Shown here one piece after another: positions 37,767-49,896 of a stretch of 64,000 nt of DNA. The stretch is taken from NCBI GenBank assembly GCA_951406725.2, contig OX597834.1, forward strand, positions 28,210,001 through 28,274,000, written 5' to 3'. This stretch comes from Octopus vulgaris (Eukaryota). Positions within the stretch are counted from its first letter, which is position 1. Every line of letters starts with the position of its first letter. Below the pieces are notes generated by a model. It saw only the letters and a program-made list of their open reading frames with translations, was not told the DNA's origin and did no database searches. Position numbers and translations under genes: made by a program.

Positions 37767-38656
37767 ATTATAAGCTCTATTTTTCTAAAACCGAAATTAA
37801 ATTTTATAAAGTAGTATCTATTGATTCTGTTTTATATTTTTAAAGTTCTTAGCATTTAATATAGCTGACACCCACTGGTTAATTATCGTTAATTATGGTT
37901 AATCATGGTTAATAATGCAGATGACATTTCAGAATTATTTAATTTCTAAACAATTTTATTTTCCTACGCCACACATTTTTGTACATCGACTTCACAATTC
38001 GTTGACTACCAGCTCAGCAAATAGCAGAAGCATGAACACCTAACCTACTAGAATTAGCAGCCAGAACTCCCTCAGATCACACTAGATTATGTTTTCCAGC
38101 AAACCCTACCCATAAAAAGTCAAAACACTCTAAGCTTGTGGCTATCCACATGAAACTAAAGTTCAAACGATGTTGCCACTTCAGGGATGGGGGAAGGGGC
38201 AGAAACTGAAACTATGCATTCTTCTGTGTGAGAAACCAAGTTTGGCCTCATTTTAGAAAAAAAAACTTCCAGTCAAAAGACTTCCTGATTGCATTATGTG
38301 TTTCCATTTTATTTATTTTTTTCTTTTTGTGTTTCATTAAATAAATTTCACTAGATTTTCTCCTCCTCCTCCTCCTCCTATTGTTGAGTTTAATGGCAGT
38401 TAATACTTCTTCAAGTGGTGAGTTAGACTTCAGGGATATCATTTATTAAATATTCTCTTATTATTTATTTATTTATTAATGATTTAATTAAGAAACCAAT
38501 GCAGAGGAATCGATATATTGGAAATGTATAGGAAAACACTTACATACAATCATTTTAACTGTGTTCAACCTATTTTGCCAGGTGGAAGTGACATGACAAC
38601 AGGTAAAAATCAACAACAAAAAATAAAGTAGAAATTTACAATATACACCAATGACG

Positions 38657-38819
38657 TGGAGGCGCAATGGCCCAGTGGTTAGGGCAGCGGACTCCCGGTC
38701 GTAGGATCGCGGTTTCGATTCCCAGACAGTGCGTTGTGAGTGTTTATAGAGCGAAAACACCTAAAAGCTCCACGGGGCTCTGGCAGAGGGTGGTGATCCC
38801 TGCTGTACTACTTCACCAC
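38657..38819 (+). mobile_element. SINE family C, 5' part only
   Basis: tRNA-like head tggcccagtggttagg...ggtttcgattccc; stops at 'ttcaccac'. Confidence 0.9.
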
Positions 38820-38823
38820 TATA

Positions 38824-39232
38824 GGCGCAAGGGTGGCTGTGTGGTAAGTAGCTTGCTAACCAGCCACATGGTTCCGGGTTCAGTCCCACTGCGTGGCACC
38901 TTGGGCAAGTGTCTTCTGCTATAGTCCCGGGCCGACCAATGCCTTGTGAGTGGATTTGGTAGACGGAAACTGAAAGAAGCCTGTCGTATATATGAATATA
39001 TACATGTGTGTGTTTGTGTGTCTGTGTTTGTTCCCCTAGCATTGCTTGACAACCGATGCTGGTGTGTTTACGTCCCCATCACTTAGCGGTTCGGCAAAAA
39101 GAGACCGATAGAATAAGTACTGGGCTTACAAAAAGAATAAGTCCCGGGGTCGATTTGCTCGACTAAAGGCGGTGCTCCAGCATGGCCGCAGTCAAATGAC
39201 TGAAACAAGTAAAAGAGTAAAGAATAAAGAGA
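38824..39232 (+). mobile_element. SINE family A, young
   Basis: Full body and tail. Confidence 0.95.
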
Positions 39233-39294
39233 GACTATAATATAATATCAATATATTTCATCTAAATTCTTGCAACAACTATACTGTTATAGCT

Positions 39295-39524
39295 CTAACC
39301 CTTTTGTTAAGCAACTCGGCTGAAATTGACTCTGGCTCTGTAGTACAAATGTCTTGTTTTCATAAGTTCTGAATTAAAATCTCCCACCAAACCTTAGTCG
39401 CAATTTATGTTCCTAACACTAGCTGAATGATGACTAAGTTATTTTACTAAATTCTTTGTTATATTTAAAATAACTGAAAGAAACACAGATCATCTCAAAA
39501 TAAATACAGTAACGAAAGGGTTAA
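39295..39524. mobile_element. piggyBac-type MITE family H
   Basis: (c)TAA-cccttttgtta...gtaacgaaaggg-TTAA; reverse-complement copy split at 60458-61293; remnants near 18860-18975 and 56355-56472. Confidence 0.78.
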
Positions 39525-40080
39525 TACTGAACTAACTGCACTTACACCAAATTTTCTGGATTCTAACAAAATTGGGAGATTTATATTGAAAAAGCACTAT
39601 AAAACTTCAAAAAGTTAAACATAAGCTTGCCCAGTTACTGTTTACCTGGAGTTGCAGATGACATCAAAATATGGTAGGGCTATACCCTATGCTTATAAAA
39701 AAATAATTATAAATGATATTGCATATTTAATGCTAGTTCTCTCTGTACATGGCAGAATAAGAGAAAAAAAATTGCGTAAGTCATCAACTCTTGATAATAT
39801 ATATCAAGTATATGTATATGTGTTCATTCAGTTGAAATGTGTTTTTTTTTTCTATGTTGACATGAGTTTGGATGGAGAGTGCCTTGAGGCATGATTTCAT
39901 AAACATTCGTCCTGTTGATAACCCCTACATGTTTTTCAAGTAAGGGATTTCTTTATCAAAAATGATCTTCGAAAGCAAATAAGCGATCGTAATGTTAATA
40001 AGGAAAGGCGACAACTCAACTGAAGCTGTGACTAGAATAGAATATAAGCAATCATGCACACAAACAAACATATATATATA

Positions 40081-40251
40081 GGCGCAGGTGTGGCTCTGTG
40101 GTAAGTAGCTTGCTAACCAACCACATGGTTCCGGGTTCAGTCCCACTGTGTGGCATCTTGGGCAAGTGTCTTCTGCTATAGCCCCGGGCTGACCAATGCC
40201 TTGTGAGTGGATTTGGTAGACGGAAACTGAAAGAAGCCTGTCATATATATG

Positions 40252-40300
<49 letters not shown>

Positions 40301-40488
40301 CTGTGTTTGACAACCGATGCTGGTGTGTTTAAGTCCCCGTCACTTAGTGGTTCGACAAAAGAGACCGAAAGAATAAGTACTGGGCTTATAAAGAATAAGT
40401 CCCGGGGTAGATTTGCTTGACTAAAGGCGGTGCTCCAGCATGGCCGCAGTCAAATGACTGAAACAAGTAAAAGAATAAAAGAATAAAA
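40081..40488 (+). mobile_element. SINE family A, young
   Basis: Full body and tail. Confidence 0.95.
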
Positions 40489-40575
40489 ATACATACACAC
40501 ATGCATGTGCATGTGCAAGACAAGCTTCCTACAGTTACCAAATTCCCTCACATGGAATTGGTCAGTCTTGAGCTA

Positions 40576-40915
40576 TTGTTGTTGTTGGCATCCTTTTGTC
40601 TCGGGAGACAATGGAGTTTTTACATTTCATGTCCTCTCCAGTTTTGCGCGGGACTGGGCTAGATGTAAGAGAATCCTGGGTAGCCCAATCGTCAGGATTC
40701 CTTTCTCAACCTTGCTGACATAGCCCAAAGCTTTAGTTGCAGGAGCTACCAGAAGAGTGTCGAGTCAAACACTAAACTGCCTCCGGGGCTCCACTCCAGA
40801 TTTCTATGAAGGTTGTCTCCTTTTCGTAACCCTGGGTAGGGGGCCCATACCAGGTACTGTCAGCCGGAGCCAGCTGAGCCCAGATTTCGAGTCAGGCAGG
40901 GTCATCACTCCCTGA
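40576..40915 (-). mobile_element. RTE-derived non-autonomous element (5'UTR-like part fused to RTE-type 3' end)
   Basis: Minus strand 'ctggagtggagccccggaggcagt...' and terminus 'ccattgtctcccgagacaaaaggatgcc(aac)n' resemble RTE UTRs as recalled; no ORF. Confidence 0.5.
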
Positions 40916-41638
40916 AGTAATTTCACCAAGATGCCAAACAACTCCACAAAATCTCTCCAAGAATCTTTACCAAAATTTGTATAAATATTCACAATCATCC
41001 CAGAAGGAAAAAAATAAAATAAAATAACAGGAGTGAAAATCTGTCTAGAGCAATATCTGCATATTTCTTAATGCATGTGCTTGATCGCTCACACACACAC
41101 ACACACACAATGATGCATATAATGTTGAGTTCGACAATCTATCACCATGACAACAACAACAGTTGACAGATGTCATTGCAATACATATAAACAATCTTTC
41201 GGCTTTTAAGTTTTCAACGAATGCTTCATTATAAATAAGATTTCATCTTTTTAACACTAAGAACCAAATCTAACAAATAGAAATTTGCTTGGAGCTAAGT
41301 GATTTAATGAAAAAAAAACATATATATATACATATATAAACTAAAAATTGTTTCTCCATCATTTGCAAAGCGGGCAATGTTATACATATATACATACATC
41401 CAGATATAGATATCAACACTAGTTTAGTGCCCCCTCCTCTCCAACCAACAATAATTCCTCATAAATTTCTCAATAATGCATATTTTTTGCTTTTTGGTTT
41501 TTTGTGAGATTTTTTTAGCTATATATTTTCAAAGATGTAAATTATGGTTATTTTACAAACGTAAAAAAAAAAGAAAGAAAAAATGAAAATCAACTGAGAT
41601 ATATAAATTGTTGAGTTACAAAGATATACAGAGTTTAC

Positions 41639-41720
41639 CTTAAACCGGGAGTACCAAAATACTCATCACCCAGGAAAAAATGATACTCACCTGAAAGAGA
41701 GAAAAACCATATTTAGTCAT
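41639..41720 (-). other. Candidate splice element: branch point, polypyrimidine tract, CAG|GTGAGT and a 52-nt (cryptic) exon at 41639-41690
   Basis: Minus strand atgactaaatatggtttttctctctttcag|GTGAGTATC...GGTTTAAG|gtaaac, within ~1.5 kb of SINE-poor AT-rich DNA. Confidence 0.5.
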
Positions 41721-42585
41721 TTAAAACATAATATATATATATACACACACAAATACATATACAAACACACATTTATTATATACCGTTTTAATTTGCTTAT
41801 GTAAATTTTAAATTTATTATTGGTATTGTTTTTTTTTAGAGGGGTTGTTTTTAGGGTTTTTTTTGTATTTTGCTCTTATTTATAATTTTTGTAATGCTGT
41901 GCTTTGGAAAAAAACAATCTATTAGAAATAGCAGCCAAATCAATCTCGTTCTCTGACTCTCATAAAAATGAGAAAATTAGATAATGTATAGACAAACTAC
42001 ATTTGTGAAGAGGTGATGGTTATGGCTAGAAGACCTTTGATGAGTCTTCAGGATCAGGGCAAACCTAGGGCTAAATAGCAACAAACAAACAAACAAACAA
42101 ATTATGGAGTGGCATGCAAAAAGATGGCATCAAAGACAACAGGCTAATTAAAGAATGCTAAAGACTTATCCCTCAAAATTCTTGAAGACAAAAATAAAAC
42201 CATTAAATCTGAAACACCCTTTTAATATGTCATTGTTTCATGCCAGGTCAGCTTTGATTGTGTAAATTTATGATCAAAGACATTCCAGTTTTCCCACCGC
42301 CTCAACCAGAATAATATTAATGGTAAGTAGACTTAACTCTGTCACACAGCTTATCACTCAACTCCCCACAACTGGCCCTTTGGGCTTTTAGTAGGGTCCA
42401 TGTTGCTAGGTCAGATCTCAGATCTGAGGATGAAGACATACTCTCTTCCTACTACCAATATCAAAGGTTCCTATAAAGAAAAAGGGAAAGAGACCTAGCA
42501 GGCATTGCCATTCCTCTACAGACAAAGACATAACACCAACCAACATCAAACTGACTCTGGTCCTTCGAGTTTTAAAGTGACCTAA

Positions 42586-42952
42586 ATCAGTTGTTAGTTG
42601 TCGGAGCACTGCATCCTTCAAAACTTCCATGCTTTCTGAGATTCGCCAACACTACACCTGATTGACTTTCAGAAACATTTTTTCACGCTAAGGGTTGCTG
42701 AACCATGGAACAAACTGCCGGCATCAGTTGTTAGTTGTCAGAGCACTGCATCCTTCAAAACTTCCATGCTTCCTGAGATTCGCCAACACTACACCTGATT
42801 TTCTCCCCTCCATACACACGCAAGCATGTATCTGACTCATACATTGTTCGCTTTCCAGACATTTGTACATTACTGCATACACTTTATACGCACTTTCTGA
42901 CAAGTTGTGGTGCACCTGAGCACTGTATACAATAATTTCATTATTATTATTA
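42586..42952 (+). mobile_element. CR1/L2-type LINE 3' end (ORF2 C-terminus, 3'UTR, (ATT)n tail)
   Basis: 42664-42798 translates DFQKHFFTLRVAEPWNKLPASVVSCQSTASFKTSMLPEIRQHYT*, matching the FFxxRVxxxWNxLP..S...FK motif; 78-bp duplicate at 42586-42663. Confidence 0.85.
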
Positions 42953-43329
42953 AAACAACTGTTCCATCAAAATTTGATGTTTGGTTTATATTCTGGACAC
43001 AAACGCCACCAGCTTAATAATGAAACAGTTATTTCATTATCTTCTTAATCCCACCTCCATTGTTGCCAAATCAACTGAAACTAAGGTAGTGTATGTACTT
43101 CAGCAGAAATATGATAAATTATCATAAGAACTGAGGTAACAAAGTGTGGTTTCAGGGTGATACAGTTGCTATGTCTTGTAGACTAAGCAGCCACATAGTG
43201 ACCTCCTAGTTGGTTCACCTTTCTAATATGAAGAGTGAGGGCATCGCCAAACAACCCAAGCAATAAGCACAAGTTGGCATTTACAAGTCTTGAATTTCTT
43301 TCTATTAAACAACAAGACACATGCACATT

Positions 43330-43567
43330 TTATATACAAATATATATATATATATATATATACATACATACATATATATATACATCCATACACATATATA
43401 CATACACATATATATACATACATATACATATATACATACACATATATATACATATATACATACACATATATATACATACATATACATACACATATATATA
43501 CATACATATACATACATACATACATATATACATACATATACATACATATACATACATACATACATAT

Positions 43568-43612
<45 letters not shown>

Positions 43613-43613
43613 C

Positions 43614-43652
<39 letters not shown>

Positions 43653-43785
43653 CATATATATACTTACATACACATATATACATACATATACATACATACA
43701 TACACATATATACATACATATACATACATACATACATATATATATGTACATACATACACATATATACATACATACATACACATAT

Positions 43786-43817
<32 letters not shown>

Positions 43818-43892
43818 GTTTTCTTGCACATATGTATACATACATACATTTATAATCACACACACACACATACATACACACACACATACACA
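43330..43892. repeat. (TACA)n/(TA)n compound microsatellite
   Basis: Visible repeats. Confidence 0.95.
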
Positions 43893-44278
43893 AAGTAAAA
43901 CTATAAAACAACCGTATATTTAAGTAGTTAAGTGAAATAATGGCCCACATAGATAAGGCCAGGTTAAAAAAAAGAGACATTTTCTCAATGTCAACACCCT
44001 CAAGATATGCACCACAATCTGTGACATGCACGTGCACACAAATACAATCACACATACAAACACATACACCACTCTCAAGTTTGTCTTTCAGAAGATTCAC
44101 AAAGCTTATTGTTATTTTTCGCTGCTACGACAGCAATAACAACAACAACACAACACACCACTCTGCCTTGTGTACACATAATAAGTTATTGTTGCAATAA
44201 GGTTATACAGCCTTGCAGTGTTGCTTGTAAACACTGGTATGCATATTCGAGTATACACGCAGGTATGTATTGTAGTGA

Positions 44279-44663
44279 TGGAGGCGCAATGGCCCAGTGG
44301 TTAGGGCAGCGGACTCGCGGTCGTAGGATTGCGGTTTCGATTCCCAGACCGGGCGTTGTGAGTGTTTATTGAGCGAAAACACCTAAAGCTCCACGAGGCT
44401 CCGGCAGGGGATGGTGGTGATCCCTGCTGTACTCTTTCACCACAAACTTTCTCTCACTCTTACTTCCTGTTTCTGTTGTACCTGTATTTCAAAGGGCCGG
44501 CCTTGTCACTCTCTGTGTTACGCTGAATATCCCCGAGAACTACGTTAAGGGTACACGTGTCTGTGGAGTGCTCAGCCACTTACACGTTAATTTCACGAGC
44601 AGGCTGTTCCGTTGATTCGGATCAACCGGAACCCTCGTCGTCGTAACCGACGGAGTGCTTCCA
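44279..44663 (+). mobile_element. SINE family C, full length, young
   Basis: tRNA-like head with A/B boxes, 3' hairpins and 'gcttcca' end; near-identical to 4 other copies. Confidence 0.95.
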
Positions 44664-44756
44664 TGTATATATGTATGTGTGGATATATACGTGTGTGTGT
44701 GTGTATGTGTTAATGTGTGAGTGTGGTTTTATAAGTAATTTCTATGTGAAAAGGTA

Positions 44757-45060
44757 TTGGATTAATGGCAAGGGTATCTGGCTCGCAACTGTAAGTTCCT
44801 CAGTTCAATTCCCGGCAGTGTAGTATGTCTTTGAGCAAGACACTTTATTTCACATTCTCCAGTTCAATCAGTTGGCAAAAGGGAGTTGTAATTCAAAGGG
44901 CCAGCCTTGACACATTCTGTCGTGTATCACACTGAATCTCGCTGTGATCTATGTCAAGGGTACGCATGTCTGTGGAATACTCAGCCACTCTAACATTCAT
45001 TTCACAAGCAGGTTGTTCTGTTTGATTGGATCAACTGGAATGTTCAATGTCGAAAGTAAC
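44757..45060 (+). mobile_element. Old SINE with G-type head/core and C-type 3' half
   Basis: 'tgtctttgagcaagacactttatttcaca' followed by 'ttcaaagggccagccttg..ac...caagggtacgcatgtctgtgga...ttggatcaactggaa'. Confidence 0.75.
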
Positions 45061-45250
45061 AAAGAACCGGGCCATATGCATGTGCTGATGTGGCTAGGTG
45101 CAGGCATGGTTGTGTGCTTGGTAACTAGTAACCAAATGATTTCAGGTTCAATCCCACTGTGTGGCACATTGGGCAAGTATCTTCTACTATAGCAGTGCGC
45201 TGACCAAAACCTTGTGAATAGAATTGGTAGAAAGAAACTGAAAGAAGCCT

Positions 45251-45286
<36 letters not shown>

Positions 45287-45341
45287 TCCTGGTCTTGATA
45301 TCGCATGATAGTTATAAACAGGCATCAAAGAAGCAGTAATA

Positions 45342-45560
45342 TGTTTATTACCCACAAGGGGCTAAACATAGAGGGGACAGACAAACGGATTAGGTTGAAT
45401 ACATTGACCCCAGTGCGTAACTGGTACTTAATTTATCGACCCCGAAAGGATGAAAGGCAAAGTCGACCTCAGCGGAATTTGAACTCACAACGTAACGGCA
45501 GACGAAATACGGCTATGCATTTCGCCCGGCGTGCTAACGTTTCTGCCAGCTCGCCGCCTT
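45342..45560 (-). mobile_element. SINE family B
   Basis: Reverse complement of the B consensus. Confidence 0.93.
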
Positions 45561-45646
45561 ATGTCTGGCAACAGGGTAATATTACCTCCCTTGGAAACAC
45601 GTGAAGGTTGGTGACAGAGAGAGCATCCAGCCATAGAATATCTGCC

Positions 45647-45874
45647 TTAACCCTTTAGCATTCAGATTCCTCTGTCAAATGTAAAGCCTGTTTAATCACA
45701 TTGTTTTAAATTAATTGTACGGCATCTGGTAACTCTGAGATTTTGGTGATGTCCCTGTTTATGTTTAGAATGACTTTGTAGGGTAGGTGTGAGAGGTCAG
45801 AGCTGGCTGGTTTGAGCATAAAACAGGAAGACAATTTTGGCCTGGTATGGCCGGTTTAAACACTAAAGGGTTAA
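45647..45874. mobile_element. piggyBac-type MITE family E inserted in an old D-like element
   Basis: TTAA-ccctttagca...cactaaaggg-TTAA; flanks join into 'gcatccagccatagaatatctgcc/tgaattctctgacccatgcaag...(atg)n'. Confidence 0.85.
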
Positions 45875-46409
45875 TGAATTCTCTGACCCATGCAAGTGTG
45901 GAAATGTGGACATTGAAACGATGATGATGATGATGATGACTGCTGTAATTACTAGCAGTCAACTGGCCACATACGAGCTCCCTCGTTGGTTCAACCAACA
46001 ACATAGAGCGGAAGGCAGTGCACCACAGGGACTGCTGGTTCCCCCTTCTCTCTGACTATATAGTCTGATCTGCCTGTTCAATCCACACTGCAGGGAGGAG
46101 AACAAAAATAACAAACTGTAGTAATTATAGATTTGGTTTTACACTTTAGGAATTGCAAGCTTATAAAATATTGGTTATCCCTGATACATATATATATATA
46201 TATATATACACACACAAACACACACACATGCATGCATACACAGACACATGCACGCGTAGGTGAAAGAGTGAGGGAGTGAATGGTTTAGACATGTGTGAGA
46301 AATGAGAACACACGTATGTCTATCTGTGTTTGATAATGTGTTCAAATATGAGTGTATACATCTGAAAAGTGAACTGGAGGGTGGTGCTTTAAATGTGTAT
46401 GTATGTATG

Positions 46410-46440
<31 letters not shown>

Positions 46441-47559
46441 ATCTTCATATGTTACCATGAGAATGTGTTTAAGTGTGTGTATATTTGTGTGGATGTGTGA
46501 GAGAGAATGAGTCTAAATATATCTACGTGGGAAATGTGTCTATACAGTTGTGTGTATGTGTGTATTGGAGAATGTATGCAAATATGAGTGTGTATATGTG
46601 TATATGTGTGTGTGTGTGTGTGTGTGCATGAGAATAAGCTTGACTAAATGTCTGATTCTATGTATATATGTGTGAGAATATTTCTGAATATGTGTGTTTG
46701 TGTGTGTATGTGTGTATGTGTATATGTATGTGTGTATGTGTGTGTATGATTACATTTGAATGTGTACAAGGTGTTTTTGTGTGCGGGGAACCACATTTGG
46801 ATGTGTGTAAGGAATGTGTATATGCCTTTGTTTGTGTTTGCGTATGTGTGTGTGTGTGCGTGTGTGTGTGTGTGTGGTGCATGCCTGCGTGTGTGTGTGT
46901 GAGAGAGAGATTGTGTTTCTGTGTGGCACACATGTGTATTTTCTTAAAACATTAGTCGATGGAGTCTATCCAACTGCTATAATTAACAAAATCCATTCTG
47001 GTTTAAGTGGCCACCCATCCTCACCTCCCCAGACATCTCCACCCCCCCAGCCGCATCCAAAATATACCACTCAACATAAATACCATTATTTGGATGGCCT
47101 CCACGGTTGTGGTCTGTGGTGTGATGTGTTCAATACAATCTATTCAACACCATAACATCACCACCACCACCACCACCACCACTACCATCATCATCACTAC
47201 AATCATCATCACACTCATCATGATCATTACCATCATTATCACATCAAGTAGCATCTCTATCCATCAAAAATTGCCAGCATCATTATCACCATCAATGCAG
47301 ATGTGATGCATTACATAATATGACCAGTCCAATCTATAATATCGCATATGCGATATCATTATATACCCTCATTGCGGTGGATTACACAGAATCAGACATT
47401 AGAGCATTGAAGTAAAAACGGCCATGGTATTTCTTCTGCTTCTCGACAATCTGAGTTCAAATCCTGCCAAGATCTACTTTTTAACTGTTCATCACTCCAG
47501 GGGATCAATAAAATAAAGCACCTGTCAAATACTGAAGGTGATATAATTGACTATTCTCC

Positions 47560-47795
47560 TTTGGCACAAGGCCAGCAATTTGGGGGAGATGGGGTAAATC
47601 AATTACATCAACCCCCAGTATTCAACAGGTACTTATTTTATCGACCCCAAAAAGATGAAAGACAAAGTTGACCTCGGCAGAATTTGAACTCAGAATGTGA
47701 CGATGGACAAAATTCTGCAAAGGGGTTGATGCAATCAATTTGCTCCATCTGTAAAAAATTTCAGGCCTTGTGCTAATAGTAGAAAGGATTATTAT
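47560..47795 (-). mobile_element. Diverged family B SINE pieces
   Basis: 'ggtacttattttatcgacccc..aagatgaaagacaaagttgacctcggcagaatttgaactcagaa'. Confidence 0.8.
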
Positions 47796-48627
47796 TATAA
47801 AATCATCATCTATATCCCACTCTTCCTCTTCTTCCTCCTCCTCCTCATTATCCTTATCAACACAAACATGTTTTATTGTGTAATGTACGAGATACGTATG
47901 TTGCAAATCATCATCATTATCACTATCATTATCACCATCATCATCATTTCCCCCCGCCTCATCATACATATTCCTTACGCATCATATATACACATATATG
48001 CACACACATACATATATAGACATACACATACATACACACACACACACATATATATACATAATATATATACATATATGATTAAATATTATCTCATATGTTC
48101 AGTATAATCTACATTGTGCTAATCAATCATCATCACCACCATCATCATAGCCATTGTCGCCACCACTCTTAAGACAATGGTTTCCACTGAACGCCCCTGA
48201 GAGAGGAAAAGAGAATCTAATCTCTCTCTTCACTCATACCAGCTGATACCTAAGACGTCCAGACTTCAATCTGACTTGGCCTTTTTCCAGCTTTAAATAT
48301 CCTTAATGGATAGCAAAACCTCAACATCAGTCCTACTAACTCGCAAATGTCTAATTTAATAAAACACCATCACAATCACCACTAGTAGCACCACCACCAT
48401 TGCCACTACCACCACCAGCAATACTACCACTGCCGCCACCACAATCATCACAACCATCACCACCACCATCATCATCACCACTACCACCAGCATAAACCAT
48501 CAACACTATACCACCAACGATATCACCACCATCACCAATACTACCACCACCACCACCATCACTATTGCTAATGGAATACCAGAATTCCTTGTGATTTCAA
48601 AACACTGGCAAAGTCCACCTTAATTAT

Positions 48628-49290
48628 AGGTGCACACATAGCAGTGTGGTCAAGAAGTTCAATTTGCAACCACATGGTTTTGGGTTCAGACCCACTGTGT
48701 GACACCTTTGGCAGATGTCTTCTACTATAGCCGCAGACTGACCAGTGCATTGTGAGGAGATGTGGTAGGTGGAAACTACGTGAAAACCTGTCATGTATAC
48801 ATGCCACAGAACATCCCAAAACTAGACAGCAATATCTAAGCATTATCTAAGCTTAATAAGATTATATATGAAGAAAAACAATGAGTAATCTCCATAAACA
48901 CCAGAATGAAGGACAACTCAGAATAACAAAACAAAGATATTTAAAAAATCCAAAAACATGTGTATTCCCATCCCACCACCACTTCACAACTGGTGTTGGT
49001 TCGATTGCATCTCCATAATTTACAAGTTTGGCAAAAAAGACCAATAGCATAAATACTAGACTTTAAAAAAAACACAAGTACTGAGGTAGATTTGTTTGAC
49101 TAAAACCCTTTAACCTTTAGCATGCTGTAGATGCATAATATCACCATATGAGTTTTCTCCCTTCTCAATAGCACACAGTGAGCCTGCAACTACAGGGGAG
49201 AAAATTCATACAGTGCCATGATGTGCCTAAGTGTGCTAAAGGTTAAAGTGCTGGCCCAGTATGTCCACAGTCGAATGACTGAAACAAATA
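48628..49290 (+). mobile_element. Old family A SINE containing a 137-bp TTAA MITE
   Basis: A head at 48628; A 3' end resumes after 49246. Confidence 0.7.
49110..49246. mobile_element. Small fold-back TTAA MITE
   Basis: TTAA-cctttagca...tgctaaagg-TTAA with internal complementarity (atgagttttctccc / gggagaaaattcat). Confidence 0.8.
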
Positions 49291-49514
49291 ATAGTTAACA
49301 GACAATACAGCAAGTAAGGGTAGGAGACAGGAAGAGCATCTGGCTGCAGAAAATTTGTCTCAAAAACATCTGTCTGACCAATGCAAGCATGGAAAAGTGT
49401 ACATTAAATGATGATGATGATGATATATACTTACATACACATATATGGTAGACAGAAACTGAAAGAAACTTGTCATGTGTGTGTGTGTTTGTTTGTTTTC
49501 TTATCCACTCACAG

Positions 49515-49896
49515 TGGAGGCACAATGGCCCAGTGGTTAGGGCAGCGAACTCGCGGTCGTAGGATCGCGGTTTCGATTCCCAGACCGGGCGTTGTGTGTG
49601 TTTATTGAGCGAAAACACCTAAAGCTCCACGAGGCTCTGGCAGGGGATGGTGGTGATCCCTGCTGTACTCTTTCACCACAACTTTCTCTCACTCTTTCTT
49701 CCTGTTTCTGTTGTACCTGTATTTCAAAGGGCCGGCCTTGTCACTCTCTGTGTCACGCTGAATATCCCCAAGAACTACGTTAAGGGTACACGTGTCTGTG
49801 GAGTGCTCAGCCACTTACACGTTAATTTCACGAGCAGGCTGTTCCGTTGGTCGGATCAACCGGAACCCTCATCGTCGTAACCGACGGAGTGCTTCC
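49515..49896 (+). mobile_element. SINE family C with 11-bp TSD, inserted in a minus-strand family A head
   Basis: TSD atccactcaca at 49503-49513 and 49897-49907. Confidence 0.95.

Noticed and set aside
44279-44355. tRNA-like sequence at family C heads (also A, B and G heads)
   Set aside because: A and B boxes are present but no proper acceptor stem is evident; each continues into a SINE body, several with TSDs.
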